Source: Planctomycetota bacterium
GTDB taxonomy: Bacteria; Planctomycetota; UBA8108; UBA1146
DNA: 44,323 nucleotides
Assembly: GCA_036338595.1 (NCBI GenBank)
Contig: JAYZBV010000114.1
Coordinates: 1-44,323 of the forward strand
Direction: 5' to 3'
Shown: piece after piece, positions 9,021-19,086 of the stretch
How the letters are laid out: the number at the start of each line of letters is the position of its first letter
How positions within the stretch are numbered: position 1 is the first letter of the stretch
The notes under the pieces: model-generated
The model's database searches: none
What the model was told of the DNA's origin: nothing
The model's input: the letters and a program-made list of their open reading frames with translations, nothing else
Program-made: the position numbers and the translations under genes

Positions 9021-9845
9021 ATGAAGTTGGGAGTCTGTTCCTGGTCACTGTCTCCATCCGGCCCCGAGGATCTGGTCGAGAAGGTGCAGGCGACGGGACT
9101 CGATGCGATTCAACTGGCGCTCGATCCGTTGCGCCTCGACTGGAGTGGTTCCCACGCCTTCGATGTACTCGAAGCCGCGGGCATCGAGGTACTCAGCGGC
9201 ATGATGATGATGGAAGGTGAGGACTATTCCACCTTCGAGACGATCCGCATCACCGGCGGGTTACGGCCAGACCAGAACTGGCAAGGCAACATCCGTGCTG
9301 CCGAGGAGAATGCTCGCATCGCTGCCGAAGCCGGCATCGAGTTGATCACCTTTCACGCCGGGTTCATTCCCCATGACGCTTCAGACCCTGAGCGAGCCAA
9401 GATGCTGGGGCGCTTGCGGCAGCTGTCTGCGGTGTTTCAGGAGGCGGGATGCCGTGTGGCTCTCGAAACGGGGCAGGAGTCGGCAGAGACCCTCGTCGAG
9501 GTTCTGATGGAACTGGATCAACCGTCGATCGGGGTCAATTTCGACCCGGCAAACATGATCCTCTACGGTATGGGAGATCCGATCGTCTCGCTCGATCTGC
9601 TGGCGCCCTACATCTCCCAGTTGCACATCAAGGATGCGCTTCCCTCCGATCAGCCAGGTCAGTGGGGCAGCGAGGAGCCAGCGGGTGAAGGAGCAGTCGA
9701 CTGGCACGCCTTCTTCGAGGTGCTCGATCGTCACCAGCTCGATCGCGATCTCATCATCGAACGCGAGGCGGGCGATCAACGGATCGACGATGTGATCCGT
9801 GCCCGGGAGTTGCTGGCGGTGCATCTGGGGGGAGCGAAGAGATGA
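9021..9845 (+). CDS. Sugar phosphate isomerase/epimerase (xylose-isomerase-like TIM barrel), cytoplasmic
   Basis: Metal ligands LETGQE, NFDPAN, LHIKDA, IIERE; no signal peptide. Confidence 0.88.
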   Translation: MKLGVCSWSLSPSGPEDLVEKVQATGLDAIQLALDPLRLDWSGSHAFDVLEAAGIEVLSGMMMMEGEDYSTFETIRITGGLRPDQNWQGNIRAAEENARIAAEAGIELITFHAGFIPHDASDPERAKMLGRLRQLSAVFQEAGCRVALETGQESAETLVEVLMELDQPSIGVNFDPANMILYGMGDPIVSLDLLAPYISQLHIKDALPSDQPGQWGSEEPAGEGAVDWHAFFEVLDRHQLDRDLIIEREAGDQRIDDVIRARELLAVHLGGAKR

Positions 9846-10855
9846 ACTCGATCGGTGTCGGAATCATCGGTTTTGGTTTCATGGGTCGGACCCATCTGGA
9901 GGCATACCGACGCGCAGCATCGGATGGCATCGATGCTCAGGTGCGGGAAATCTACAGCCTCGATCCACCAGACGCACCGGGAGCCGGAAATGTAGATACG
10001 GGCGCCGATTCCGCCATCGATCTGGAATCGCTGGGTATTCGATGGTCAGAAGAGATCGAGCACCTGCTGGCGGCTGACGACATCGACCTCGTCAGCATCT
10101 GTACCCCGACCGACACGCACATCGACCTGGCCATCCAGGCTCTCGAAGCGGGGAAGCATGTGCTCCTCGAGAAGCCAGTGGCCCTCAGCAGCGTCGAGGT
10201 GGAGCGATTGCAAGCCGTAGACGATGCGACCGATCGGTTGTGTATGCCGGCGATGTGCATGCGCTTCTGGCCCGGCTGGAGCTGGCTTCACGAGACGATG
10301 CGCTCGGGAAAACTGGGTGCGGTGACGAGTGCCCACTTTCAACGCATCGGCGCATCCCCGGGGTGGAGCCAGGACTTTTATCTCGACGAGACACGCTCCG
10401 GTGGCGCCTTGACCGATCTTCATGTTCATGATGCTGACTTCATCTTCGCCAGTTTCGGGATGCCGACCGAGGTCTGTACCAGCGGTACTCGCTTCCAGCT
10501 GGTCACTCAATATCGCTATCCGGATGGCCCCGCATCCGTCGTGGCTGAAGCGGCATGGTACCCCGACCCATCGTATCCCTTTCAGATGAGGTATCGTGTC
10601 GGGTTCGAGGCTGCCGTCGCTGATTTCGACATGTCGAGAACCGATTCACCGTTGATGTTGCATCGCGATGGATCGACCCAGGTGATCGATCTTCCGCAGG
10701 GAAACGGATACGAAGGTGAGGTCCGACATTTCCTGGAGGCGGTGACCGCCGGTGCCGATCGAATCGATCCGTCGCTGGCGGAAGCGAGTCAGGTCCTCAG
10801 AATCCTCGAGGCGGAGGGTGCCAGCATCGACGAGCGGAAGCCGATCACGCTCTGA
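9842..10855 (+). CDS. Gfo/Idh/MocA family NAD(P)-dependent oxidoreductase, cytoplasmic
   Basis: GIIGFGFMG Rossmann motif, ICTPTDTH, GKHVLLEKP, GGALTDLHVHD; ATGA overlap with the upstream gene. Confidence 0.9.
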   Translation: MNSIGVGIIGFGFMGRTHLEAYRRAASDGIDAQVREIYSLDPPDAPGAGNVDTGADSAIDLESLGIRWSEEIEHLLAADDIDLVSICTPTDTHIDLAIQALEAGKHVLLEKPVALSSVEVERLQAVDDATDRLCMPAMCMRFWPGWSWLHETMRSGKLGAVTSAHFQRIGASPGWSQDFYLDETRSGGALTDLHVHDADFIFASFGMPTEVCTSGTRFQLVTQYRYPDGPASVVAEAAWYPDPSYPFQMRYRVGFEAAVADFDMSRTDSPLMLHRDGSTQVIDLPQGNGYEGEVRHFLEAVTAGADRIDPSLAEASQVLRILEAEGASIDERKPITL

Positions 10856-10862
10856 AGAGATG

Positions 10863-10897
10863 AAAAAAGGGGACCAGCGCCAGGCCGGTCCCCTCTT
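10863..10897. terminator. Rho-independent terminator between convergent genes, strongest for the minus strand
   Basis: AAAAAAGGGGACC...GGTCCCCTCTT stem-loop with an A-run on the left. Confidence 0.75.
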
Positions 10898-10923
10898 CTA
10901 GTTTCCAGTGGTCAGGTTCTGGA

Positions 10924-12237
10924 TTATCCGCAGGGCGGGTAACTGTTGCAGTCTTCCGCCAGCTGTCCAGGAGTGGTCCCGCAGTCGGGGTAGGGAGCTG
11001 GTGGTGCTGATCCCTCGAGGAACTGGTACTGGATCACGAAGGTCGGATCCGCCACATCATAGCCACCGTCTCCGTTGGCATCGTTGGCCCCATCGCAGTC
11101 GTTGTGGGTTCCGCCGAGGAACAGGTCACTGAGCATCCAGATCGCATCGGCGACATCAGTGCGTTCATCATGGTTGGCGTCACTTCGAAGGTAGGCTGTG
11201 ACGCTGGCGGCATTCAGGGTCACGGTCCCGTCATCGGTGTCTGCTGCGATCGATCCTCCACCGACCACGACGACGTTGGTGACATTGGGGGATCCCAGTC
11301 CACCTGTCCAGGTCAACGAGGTCGACGCTCCATCGGTATCCCCGATGAGTGCCGAGGGGATCGTCGAGTAACTGGCCACGGCAACGGTTTCTGCACTGGT
11401 ATAGCTGATCGTCTCCGCTCCGACGAAGGAGTAGACGCAGCCTATGGTGAAGCCTTCGGGGTAGATGCTCGATTCAGCAAAACTGGGACCGTTGCCTCCA
11501 TCGAGTGCTGCCACCGGTCCTGTCAGTGTCACGGCTGTGGCTTCGAGCATCGCCTGGTCGTGACCGAGACCCATCGAGAACCCTTGAGTCTGGTTGGGGA
11601 AGGGAGCTCCAAGAGCGCTGTTGTCGATCTCGGAGATCTGGATGTCAGTGCTGAAGGATGCGTTTCCGTCATCCGGATTGTAGGTGCCGATGGTATCCTG
11701 TGCCGAGTAGGTGTATGCCGGCCCCGGGATGTCGATGACTTCCATCGTTCCTGAGTTCTGCGTCGGTGTCAGGGATGAACCTCCGACAACGGCCACCGTC
11801 GAGACATTGGGAGATCCCTGGTTTCCGCAGAAATCGGCAGAGTAGAGTCCAGGCTGTGCAGAAGTCGAGATGTCATAGTCTGCACTCGACATGATGTATC
11901 CAACGGTTCCCTCGGCGATGGCGTTACAGCCCGTGAAGCAGATCACGACGCCCTGGGTCCAACCATCTGTATAGATCGACGTCTCATTGAAATCGACATC
12001 ACTACTGTCCTCCTGGTTGATCCCGGAGATGGAAGCGATGCTGGAATCATGACACATGCCGAAGGACCAGCCCTGAACGGCTCCTCCGCTGCCGATATTA
12101 TCCAGGGTTGCGGTGATGTTCATCGAGCCGCCGGCGGCTGCGGAATCGCTGCCGGCACTGAAGGTCTGCGCGTGTGTCTGAGTGGCCACGGCAAGGCTCA
12201 TCAGCAGGGCAGTGGTGACAAGGATCATTCGTATCAT
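10924..12237 (-). CDS. Secreted protein with two cohesin-like beta-sandwich repeats and a C-terminal dockerin-like domain
   Basis: Signal peptide (THA-Q); internal duplication (QGWSFGMCHD/QGFSMGLGHD; GSPNVSTVAVVGG/GSPNVTNVVVVGG); C-terminal RSDANHDERTDVAD...DANGDGGYDVADP; strong RBS GGGGAGGT. Confidence 0.75.
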   Translation of the reverse strand: MIRMILVTTALLMSLAVATQTHAQTFSAGSDSAAAGGSMNITATLDNIGSGGAVQGWSFGMCHDSSIASISGINQEDSSDVDFNETSIYTDGWTQGVVICFTGCNAIAEGTVGYIMSSADYDISTSAQPGLYSADFCGNQGSPNVSTVAVVGGSSLTPTQNSGTMEVIDIPGPAYTYSAQDTIGTYNPDDGNASFSTDIQISEIDNSALGAPFPNQTQGFSMGLGHDQAMLEATAVTLTGPVAALDGGNGPSFAESSIYPEGFTIGCVYSFVGAETISYTSAETVAVASYSTIPSALIGDTDGASTSLTWTGGLGSPNVTNVVVVGGGSIAADTDDGTVTLNAASVTAYLRSDANHDERTDVADAIWMLSDLFLGGTHNDCDGANDANGDGGYDVADPTFVIQYQFLEGSAPPAPYPDCGTTPGQLAEDCNSYPPCG

Positions 12238-12422
12238 GGGTTAAATACCTCCCCGGATAGCGTAATAGTCAGCCCGAGGATCAACACTCCCCAAGGGTTA
12301 ACAATGGAATACAAACGGTTTACTAACAGTTATGGTGGCAATCCTCTTGTGTGGCGGGCTTGTCCGCAAGTAGTTCTTCGATTCGGCCGCTTCAGAAGCC
12401 GGATATGGCTCGAAATCGAGTA

Positions 12423-13124
12423 TTAAGGCTGGATTGTCAGGTTCCGAAACTGGAGTCGGCTGCCGTGGGATTGCAGTTCGATGGGACCTCGATCGGGCAG
12501 TGGCAACTCCCTGTTCCAGTAATTCTCGAGCGGTACCGCTTCGACGACGCGCTGGCCATTGAGATCGACCGTCACCTGCTCCCCGCGCATCTCGATTCGA
12601 AAGTGATTCCACTGACCCGGTGGATGATCGGCAGCCACGAGGGGCAGCGAGGCGCCCTGCTGGTTGTTGTAGAGCCCTCCGGAACCCTCTGGATGTTGCT
12701 CAATATCCCAGATTTGCACCTGAGGAGAGCCACGCAGATAGATGCCGCTATCGCCGCCCGGTTCGATCATCCACTCCAGCTCCAGCACGAAATCGCCAAA
12801 ATCCTCGATGGTGCAGAGGTGGGATCCATGGCCATCAAAGATCAAGGTCGCATCTTCGATGCTCCAGTGTTTCCTCATGTGCAGGTCGGCCTGAGCCTGC
12901 GCTTCCAGGAGTGGCTCTGAACTCATCTCGGCGCGCGAATAGGGGTTTCCCACCAGCCCTTGCCAACCGCTCAAGGTGTTGCCGTCAAAGAGGGGGCGAG
13001 GTTCGTTGACGGAGGCGGTGCGGGGGGATGTTTCGCTGCAGCCCTGCAGCAGAGAGATCCACAACAAGGCGAGGGCTGCGGCGATGACGAGGGCTGCGGC
13101 GATGAATCGGGGCTGGATCGACAT
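12423..13124 (-). CDS. DUF1080 (3-keto-disaccharide hydrolase family) lipoprotein
   Basis: LFDGNTLSGW, FGDFVLELEW, GDSGIYLRG, GQWNHFRI, GPIELQSHG, FRNL motifs; lipobox LLQGC; probable start MSIQP at 13124. Confidence 0.9.
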   Translation of the reverse strand: MSIQPRFIAAALVIAAALALLWISLLQGCSETSPRTASVNEPRPLFDGNTLSGWQGLVGNPYSRAEMSSEPLLEAQAQADLHMRKHWSIEDATLIFDGHGSHLCTIEDFGDFVLELEWMIEPGGDSGIYLRGSPQVQIWDIEQHPEGSGGLYNNQQGASLPLVAADHPPGQWNHFRIEMRGEQVTVDLNGQRVVEAVPLENYWNRELPLPDRGPIELQSHGSRLQFRNLTIQP

Positions 13125-13266
13125 CGGTTCTTCTCCTCGGGGAGAATATGCCACGAGCACGGCAACGGAGCCACCCTGTTCGGTCGTGGCCCCTCCCTTG
13201 CCGATGGCGTACGATCTGGACGCCGGAATCGAAGTCCATTGACGACTGAAACCCCGCGGGAGGAGC

Positions 13267-14625
13267 GTGTCCTTGTCAGAGAATGGATCGAATGGGGCCG
13301 AGGCGCCTGCACTCGATGGTGGATTGAAGGTTCGCCTATCGCTGATGATGTTTCTTCAGTACGCCATCTGGGGTGCCTGGTTACCGCTGCTGTGGGATCT
13401 GTTGATGAACGCCAAGGGATTCACTGGCTCCGAGGTGGGGAATATCTTTGCCGTCGGGGCGGTGGGAGCGATCTTCGGCCCCTTCATCGCTGGCCAGGTC
13501 GCCGATCGCTGGTTCAATACGGAAAAGTTTCTCGCCTTCAGTCATCTGCTCGGAGGAGTATTGGCGTGGCAGATGGCCTCGCTCGACGATTACAACACCT
13601 TCTTCTGGTACGCACTGATCTACGGTCTCATCTATTCGCCGACGCTGGCGTTGACCAATAGCCTCTCCTTTCATCACCTTCCCGATCGGGATCGAGATTT
13701 CGGCAAGATCCGGCTGTGGGGAACCATCGGCTGGATCGTCGCAGGAATCGGTATCGGCCAGTGGCTGCTTCACAACTACGCCGGCGGATCGTCAGATCAT
13801 GCCAAGGATCCGGAGGTCTACGCCGGCATGGCGGATGCCTTCAAACTCAGCGGGATCTGCGGCATCACCATGGGTATCTTCTGCCTGTTCGGATTGCCCA
13901 GCACTCCTCCGACCAAGTCCAAGGATGCAGACAATGCCACGGTGAAGGCTCTGGGAGAGGTCTCTCATCAGCCGCTGTTGACGCTGTTTCTCATCGCAGT
14001 GCCGGTCTCGTGTATCCACCAGTTTTACTTCGTTCACACCGCGCCTTTTCTCAACACCTTTCAGAGTGAACTGGGTGGATCCGACCTGGCCACTAGCCTC
14101 AACTCCGTATTCGGAATTGGCGGTGGCGGATTGATGACCCTCGGCCAGATGTCGGAGATCTTCGTGCTGGCGATGATTCCTGTTCTGGCGATGACGCTGA
14201 GCCGCAAGAAGTTACTGATGATCGGGTTGCTCGCCTATGCCGCACGGATGGCGATCTTCAGCTACGCGCCGATGCTGGGAGACCTGGGCATGCCCCTGGT
14301 GATCCTGGGTGTCGCACTGCACGGGTTTTGTTTCGGTTGCTTCATCTTTGTCGCCTTCATGGTCGTCGATGAAGAGTGCTCGGCGGATGTTCGCGCCACC
14401 GCCCAGAATCTGTTCAACCTGGTGATCGTTGGTCTCGGCATCATCGTCGGTAGCAAGGTGGCCAGTTCGGTGGCTGAGTGGGCGGCGGCACGTGTCTCCG
14501 AGGGAGATCCCTGGTACGCAAAGACCACGGAGATGTTCCAGGTGCCGATGGCCGCCAGCCTGGCGTGTCTGGTGCTGATGATGTTGATGTATCCCTCCCG
14601 GGGGAAGAATGAGGAGGCTCTGTGA
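13267..14625 (+). CDS. MFS nucleoside:H+ symporter-like permease (NupG/YegT family)
   Basis: [51 protein letters not shown]; about 12 TM helices. Confidence 0.9.
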   Translation: MSLSENGSNGAEAPALDGGLKVRLSLMMFLQYAIWGAWLPLLWDLLMNAKGFTGSEVGNIFAVGAVGAIFGPFIAGQVADRWFNTEKFLAFSHLLGGVLAWQMASLDDYNTFFWYALIYGLIYSPTLALTNSLSFHHLPDRDRDFGKIRLWGTIGWIVAGIGIGQWLLHNYAGGSSDHAKDPEVYAGMADAFKLSGICGITMGIFCLFGLPSTPPTKSKDADNATVKALGEVSHQPLLTLFLIAVPVSCIHQFYFVHTAPFLNTFQSELGGSDLATSLNSVFGIGGGGLMTLGQMSEIFVLAMIPVLAMTLSRKKLLMIGLLAYAARMAIFSYAPMLGDLGMPLVILGVALHGFCFGCFIFVAFMVVDEECSADVRATAQNLFNLVIVGLGIIVGSKVASSVAEWAAARVSEGDPWYAKTTEMFQVPMAASLACLVLMMLMYPSRGKNEEAL

Positions 14626-15584
14626 TCGTTCCTTCCAGTCATCCGTTGCGTCGCCGCGAGTTCCTCGGCGTGCTGGCCGCTTCCACTGCCGGGGCCTTCG
14701 TCGGCCTGACCGGTTGCAATTCAGCTCCGGGTCTGTGGGCCAGTGGCCTGGTGGGGAGTGATCCTGTGAAACTGTTTGATATCTCCCTGGCGGAATGGTC
14801 GCTGCATCGATCTCTCCAGAGTGGACAGATGACCAATCTCGATTTTCCCCGCGTCACGCGCGAGGTGTATGGCATCGGGGCCGTCGAGTACGTCAACTCC
14901 TTCTTCAAGGACAAGGCCAACGACGAGAAATACCTATCGACCCTCAACCAGCGCTGTGCAGATCACGACATCAAGAATCTTCTCATCATGTGTGACGGCG
15001 AGGGACGACTGGGTGATCCTGACGAGAAAGCGCGCACCCAGGCGGTGCAGAACCATCACCGCTGGGTCGATGCGGCGAAGTTCCTCGGTTGCCATTCGAT
15101 TCGCGTCAATGCGGCCAGTGCCGGCAGTTACGACGAGCAGATGAAGTTGGCTGCGGACGGTCTGGCATCATTGACCGATTATGGTGCTTCCAGCGGGCTC
15201 AATGTGATCGTCGAGAACCATGGAGGGCTTTCATCCAACGGCGCGTGGCTTGCCGGAGTGATGAAACTCGTCGATAATCCACGCTGTGGAACGCTGCCGG
15301 ATTTCGGCAACTTCAACCTTGGAGGCGGAAAGAGTTACGACCGCTATCAGGGGGTTCAGGAGTTGATGCCGTTCGCCAAGGCGGTCAGTGCCAAGAGCCA
15401 TGTCTTTGATGAAGATGGCAACGAGACCAAGACGGACTACAGAAAGATGATGAAGATCGTGCTCGATGCAAATTACCACGGATACGTCGGTATCGAGTTC
15501 GAAGGTGGAGGATCGGAGCAGGACGGTATCCTCGCGACCAAGGCGTTGCTCGAAAAGGTCCGCGAGGAGTTCTCGGCGACCTGA
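14622..15584 (+). CDS. Tat-exported lipoprotein, sugar phosphate isomerase/epimerase TIM barrel
   Basis: RRREFL Tat motif plus LTGC lipobox; [28 protein letters not shown]. Confidence 0.88.
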   Translation: MIVPSSHPLRRREFLGVLAASTAGAFVGLTGCNSAPGLWASGLVGSDPVKLFDISLAEWSLHRSLQSGQMTNLDFPRVTREVYGIGAVEYVNSFFKDKANDEKYLSTLNQRCADHDIKNLLIMCDGEGRLGDPDEKARTQAVQNHHRWVDAAKFLGCHSIRVNAASAGSYDEQMKLAADGLASLTDYGASSGLNVIVENHGGLSSNGAWLAGVMKLVDNPRCGTLPDFGNFNLGGGKSYDRYQGVQELMPFAKAVSAKSHVFDEDGNETKTDYRKMMKIVLDANYHGYVGIEFEGGGSEQDGILATKALLEKVREEFSAT

Positions 15585-15618
15585 AGCGTAAATAAACCCC
15601 TCGAAGGAGGAATCAGAG

Positions 15619-16959
15619 ATGACTGACAAGAACAAACCGAATCCGGCGAGCACGGATCGCCGAGATTTCCTCAAGGGCGCTGCAGTGGCCGCAGGTGCCA
15701 TCGCGCTCAGCGGCAACAGCCTGCTTGGATCCGAGCGAATCGGGGCTGCTCCCGGTGCCATCGCCCGTGCAGCGAGCCGTGTTCCTCTCGGCGATGACGG
15801 TCTGGTGCGTATCGGCATCATCGGAACCGGTGGTATGGGAGGGGGCCACATCGGCTCGTTCCTCCAGTTCGCCACTCGAGGCGAGGAAAAGGTCAAGATC
15901 GTGGCCGTCTGTGATGTCAATCACAAGCGCCGCGCCGTGGCCGAGAGCAGGATCAACAAGGCCCAGGGTGACGAGTGTGCGATCTACAACGATTACCACA
16001 ACCTGCTCGCACGCGATGACATTCACGGTGTTCTGATCGCCTCGCCAGAACACTGGCACGCACAGATGGCCGAAGATGCCCTGCTGGCGGGAAAAGATGT
16101 CTACCTCGAAAAACCGATGACATTGCGTTTGCCCGAGGCGCTGCGTTTGCGCCAGGTGGTACTGAGCAATCCGGACGTGTTGCTTCAGGTCGGCACCCAG
16201 AAGATCATGCTGCCGAAGTACAAGGCGGCTCAGGCGATGGTCGCAGATGGCGCCATCGGTAAACCGACCTTCAGTCAGACCTCCTACTGTCGCAACTCCC
16301 GCGACGGCGAGTGGAAGTACTACGGTATCGACCCCGACTGGAAGCCCGGTGTCAATGTCGACTGGGATCGCTGGTGTGGGCCGGCCGGGGTCCGTGACTG
16401 GAACCCGGCACTGTGCGCTCGCTGGCGCCGCTACAAGGATTTCTCGACCGGAATCGTCGGGGACTTGCTGGTGCACGAGATCACGCCTCTGATGATGGCG
16501 CTCGATCAGGGCTGGCCGACTCGTGTCGTTGCCACCGGCGGACACTACGTCGACAAGGCGATGGAAAATCACGACCAGGTCAATCTGCAGATCCAGTTCG
16601 AGAAGGGACACACCCTCATCGTGGCGGGCTCGACCTGCAACGAGATGGGACTCGAGACGATGATCCGGGGCCATCAGGGCACGATTTACCTCAACGGGGG
16701 CAACTGCAAGATGGTTCCGCAGCGCCTGTTCGCAGACGATGTCGAACCACAGGAGGTGATCTGCGAGAGTATCGGCAACGATCAGGATGCACTGAGGCGA
16801 AACTGGCTCGATTGCATCCGGACGCGTCGCCAACCCGATTCCAATGTCGACCTGGGCACCAAGGTGATCGTTGCGGTCGATCTGGCCACGCGGTCGATGT
16901 GGGAGGGGAAGGCGTTCGAGTTCGATCCCGCCTCGATGACCGCGATGAGTATCGGCTAG
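15619..16959 (+). CDS. Tat-exported Gfo/Idh/MocA oxidoreductase
   Basis: DRRDFLK Tat motif; GIIGTGGMG; ASPEHWH; YLEKPM; WRRYKDFSTGIVGDLLVH. Confidence 0.9.
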   Translation: MTDKNKPNPASTDRRDFLKGAAVAAGAIALSGNSLLGSERIGAAPGAIARAASRVPLGDDGLVRIGIIGTGGMGGGHIGSFLQFATRGEEKVKIVAVCDVNHKRRAVAESRINKAQGDECAIYNDYHNLLARDDIHGVLIASPEHWHAQMAEDALLAGKDVYLEKPMTLRLPEALRLRQVVLSNPDVLLQVGTQKIMLPKYKAAQAMVADGAIGKPTFSQTSYCRNSRDGEWKYYGIDPDWKPGVNVDWDRWCGPAGVRDWNPALCARWRRYKDFSTGIVGDLLVHEITPLMMALDQGWPTRVVATGGHYVDKAMENHDQVNLQIQFEKGHTLIVAGSTCNEMGLETMIRGHQGTIYLNGGNCKMVPQRLFADDVEPQEVICESIGNDQDALRRNWLDCIRTRRQPDSNVDLGTKVIVAVDLATRSMWEGKAFEFDPASMTAMSIG

Positions 16960-16978
16960 TCGGCTCGGGAGAATCTGA

Positions 16979-17824
16979 ATGTTGTACAGGGGCGCCCTGC
17001 CAGCGATGGGAACTCGTTTCGAGATCGTCGCTGGCGGGGATGACCCGATCCTGATCCAGGCTGCAGTGGAGGAGGCGCTCGAAGAGGTCTCCATCGGTCA
17101 TCACCTCTGGAATGCTTTTTCCCGCCAGAGCCTGCTGGCTCGCATCCACGAATCCGGTGCGACCCGGGCAATCCCCGTCGATGCCATCACGCTCGACCTT
17201 TTGTGCCACTGTGTTCGCCTTCATCAACAGACCGGTGGCCACTTCGACCCTGCCATCGGAACCGATCTCGATCGAGGCGCCTCTCGTCGTGGTCTCGACG
17301 CCGTCGAGATCGATAGTGCGGCGGCCACCGTGCGCCTGCTGGATCCTCGTTGTCGGCTCGATCTGGGCGGCATCGCCAAGGGATACGCCTGTGATCTGGC
17401 CGCAGAGGTGCTGCGGGAAGCTGGCATCGAATGCGCCTTGATCCACGGCGGCACCAGCAGCGTGGTCGCCATCGGAGCCCCTCCAGGCCGCGAGGACTGG
17501 GCGATCGAGATCGTCAGCGGCTCTGGACGGCACGTTTTTCTGCGTGACGAATCGCTGGCAGTGAGTGCCCCGTCCGGAGGCAAGGGGGATGGCCACATCG
17601 TCGATCCTGCCGATGGCCATCGTGTGCCCGCGGAGGGGCCGGGCGTGATGGTGAGGGGACCGCATGCCACCGACTGCGATGCCTGGGCCACTGCATTGAC
17701 CGTTGCTGGCTTTCAGAGCGGTATCGAGCAGAATCTATCCGATCGATACGAGGCCAGTCCTGTCGAGGCGACAGGGGACGCACGCCTCTTGTCACTCGTC
17801 AGCAAGCAGCATGGTTCTCGGTAG
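16979..17824 (+). CDS. apbE: FAD:protein FMN transferase (ApbE family), no signal peptide
   Basis: AMGT, TGGHFDPAIG, LDLGGIAKGYACD, GHIVDPADG, DAWATAL motifs; in-frame TGA immediately before the ATG. Confidence 0.9.
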   Translation: MLYRGALPAMGTRFEIVAGGDDPILIQAAVEEALEEVSIGHHLWNAFSRQSLLARIHESGATRAIPVDAITLDLLCHCVRLHQQTGGHFDPAIGTDLDRGASRRGLDAVEIDSAAATVRLLDPRCRLDLGGIAKGYACDLAAEVLREAGIECALIHGGTSSVVAIGAPPGREDWAIEIVSGSGRHVFLRDESLAVSAPSGGKGDGHIVDPADGHRVPAEGPGVMVRGPHATDCDAWATALTVAGFQSGIEQNLSDRYEASPVEATGDARLLSLVSKQHGSR

Positions 17825-17852
17825 CGCAAAACTCGGCTGCCTTGGAAGAGGG

Positions 17853-19085
17853 ATGATGGAAACGGACCGTAGAGAATTTTTGAAACAGGGAGCGGGAACT
17901 CTGGCTGGAATCTCGCTGCTCCCGGGGCTGGACGCACTGGGCTCGGTGATTCCGGAGGGGTTGCCGGTCGCCATCATCGGCATGGGGCGTCAGGGACGAG
18001 CGATCGCTGCCGAGTTGCAAAAACTGGGCGCAACCATCGCTGCGATCTGCGATCTGGATGAGCCGCGCCTGAGGAGTGGCCAGCGCCGAGTCCCGGATGC
18101 GACCAGTTACTCCGATGCATCGCAACTGCTGGCGAAGGAAGCCTCCGTGGTGGCGGTCTTCATCGCAACTCCTACCCATCTGCACCGAGAAATTGTCGAG
18201 GCTACTCTGGCCGCCGGAAAGCATGTCTACTGCGAAGCACCGCTGGCTCACACCCTGGAAGATGCCCGTGCCATCGCGGCAGCGGCACGATCCAGTAGCC
18301 AGTTATTTCAGGCAGGATTGCTCGGCCGCTCCAATCCGGTCTATTCACTGGCACGTTCTTTCTACCGTACCGAGGCGTTTTTGAAACTGGTCTCGATGCG
18401 AGCGCAGTGTGCACGCAAGACATCGTGGCGACAGGCCGCTTCCACAGCCGAGCGACAGGCAAGACTCGACTGGCGCCTCGACCCGTCGATCTCACTGGGT
18501 CTGCCTGGCGAGTGGGGCACGCATCAGTTCGATGTCATCCACTGGTTCACCGGCCAGTATCCGGTGCGAATCTCCGGCAAGGGGGGCGTGTTCGTCTGGG
18601 AAGATGGACGAAAGGTGGCGGATACCGTCAATCTGGTACTGGAGTTTCCGAGGGGACAGTGCCTCGAATACCAGGCGACGCTGGGCAATTCCTACGGCGG
18701 ACGCTACGAGGTGCTGCACGGTGTCAATTCAGCCTTCAAACTGGCATGGAGTCACGGCTGGATGTTCAAGGAAGCGGATGCCGCCACCCAGGGCTGGGAA
18801 GTGTACGCCAACAGGCAGCGTTTCTTCAATGATGAGGGGATCACTCTCATCGCGGACGCGACCAAACTCGCCAGCCAGAACAAACTGAAGGACGGCGTCG
18901 GCCTGCCCAATGATTCGCTCCACTATGGCATCGCCGACTTCCTGCGTAGTTGTGGTCAAGGGGATCGCATCCAGTGTGGTGCCAGCGAGGGTTTGAGGGC
19001 CACTGCGGTGGGCATCGCAGCTCAGCGCGCCATCGTCGAGGGAGGGGTCGTCGAGATCTCCCCTGATGATCTGAAAGAGGCCTGA
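17853..19085 (+). CDS. Tat-exported Gfo/Idh/MocA family protein with EKP->EAP substitution
   Basis: DRREFLK Tat motif after ATG 17853/17856; IIGMGRQG; ATPTHLH; GKHVYCEAPL. Confidence 0.85.
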   Translation: MMETDRREFLKQGAGTLAGISLLPGLDALGSVIPEGLPVAIIGMGRQGRAIAAELQKLGATIAAICDLDEPRLRSGQRRVPDATSYSDASQLLAKEASVVAVFIATPTHLHREIVEATLAAGKHVYCEAPLAHTLEDARAIAAAARSSSQLFQAGLLGRSNPVYSLARSFYRTEAFLKLVSMRAQCARKTSWRQAASTAERQARLDWRLDPSISLGLPGEWGTHQFDVIHWFTGQYPVRISGKGGVFVWEDGRKVADTVNLVLEFPRGQCLEYQATLGNSYGGRYEVLHGVNSAFKLAWSHGWMFKEADAATQGWEVYANRQRFFNDEGITLIADATKLASQNKLKDGVGLPNDSLHYGIADFLRSCGQGDRIQCGASEGLRATAVGIAAQRAIVEGGVVEISPDDLKEA

Positions 19086-19086
19086 T

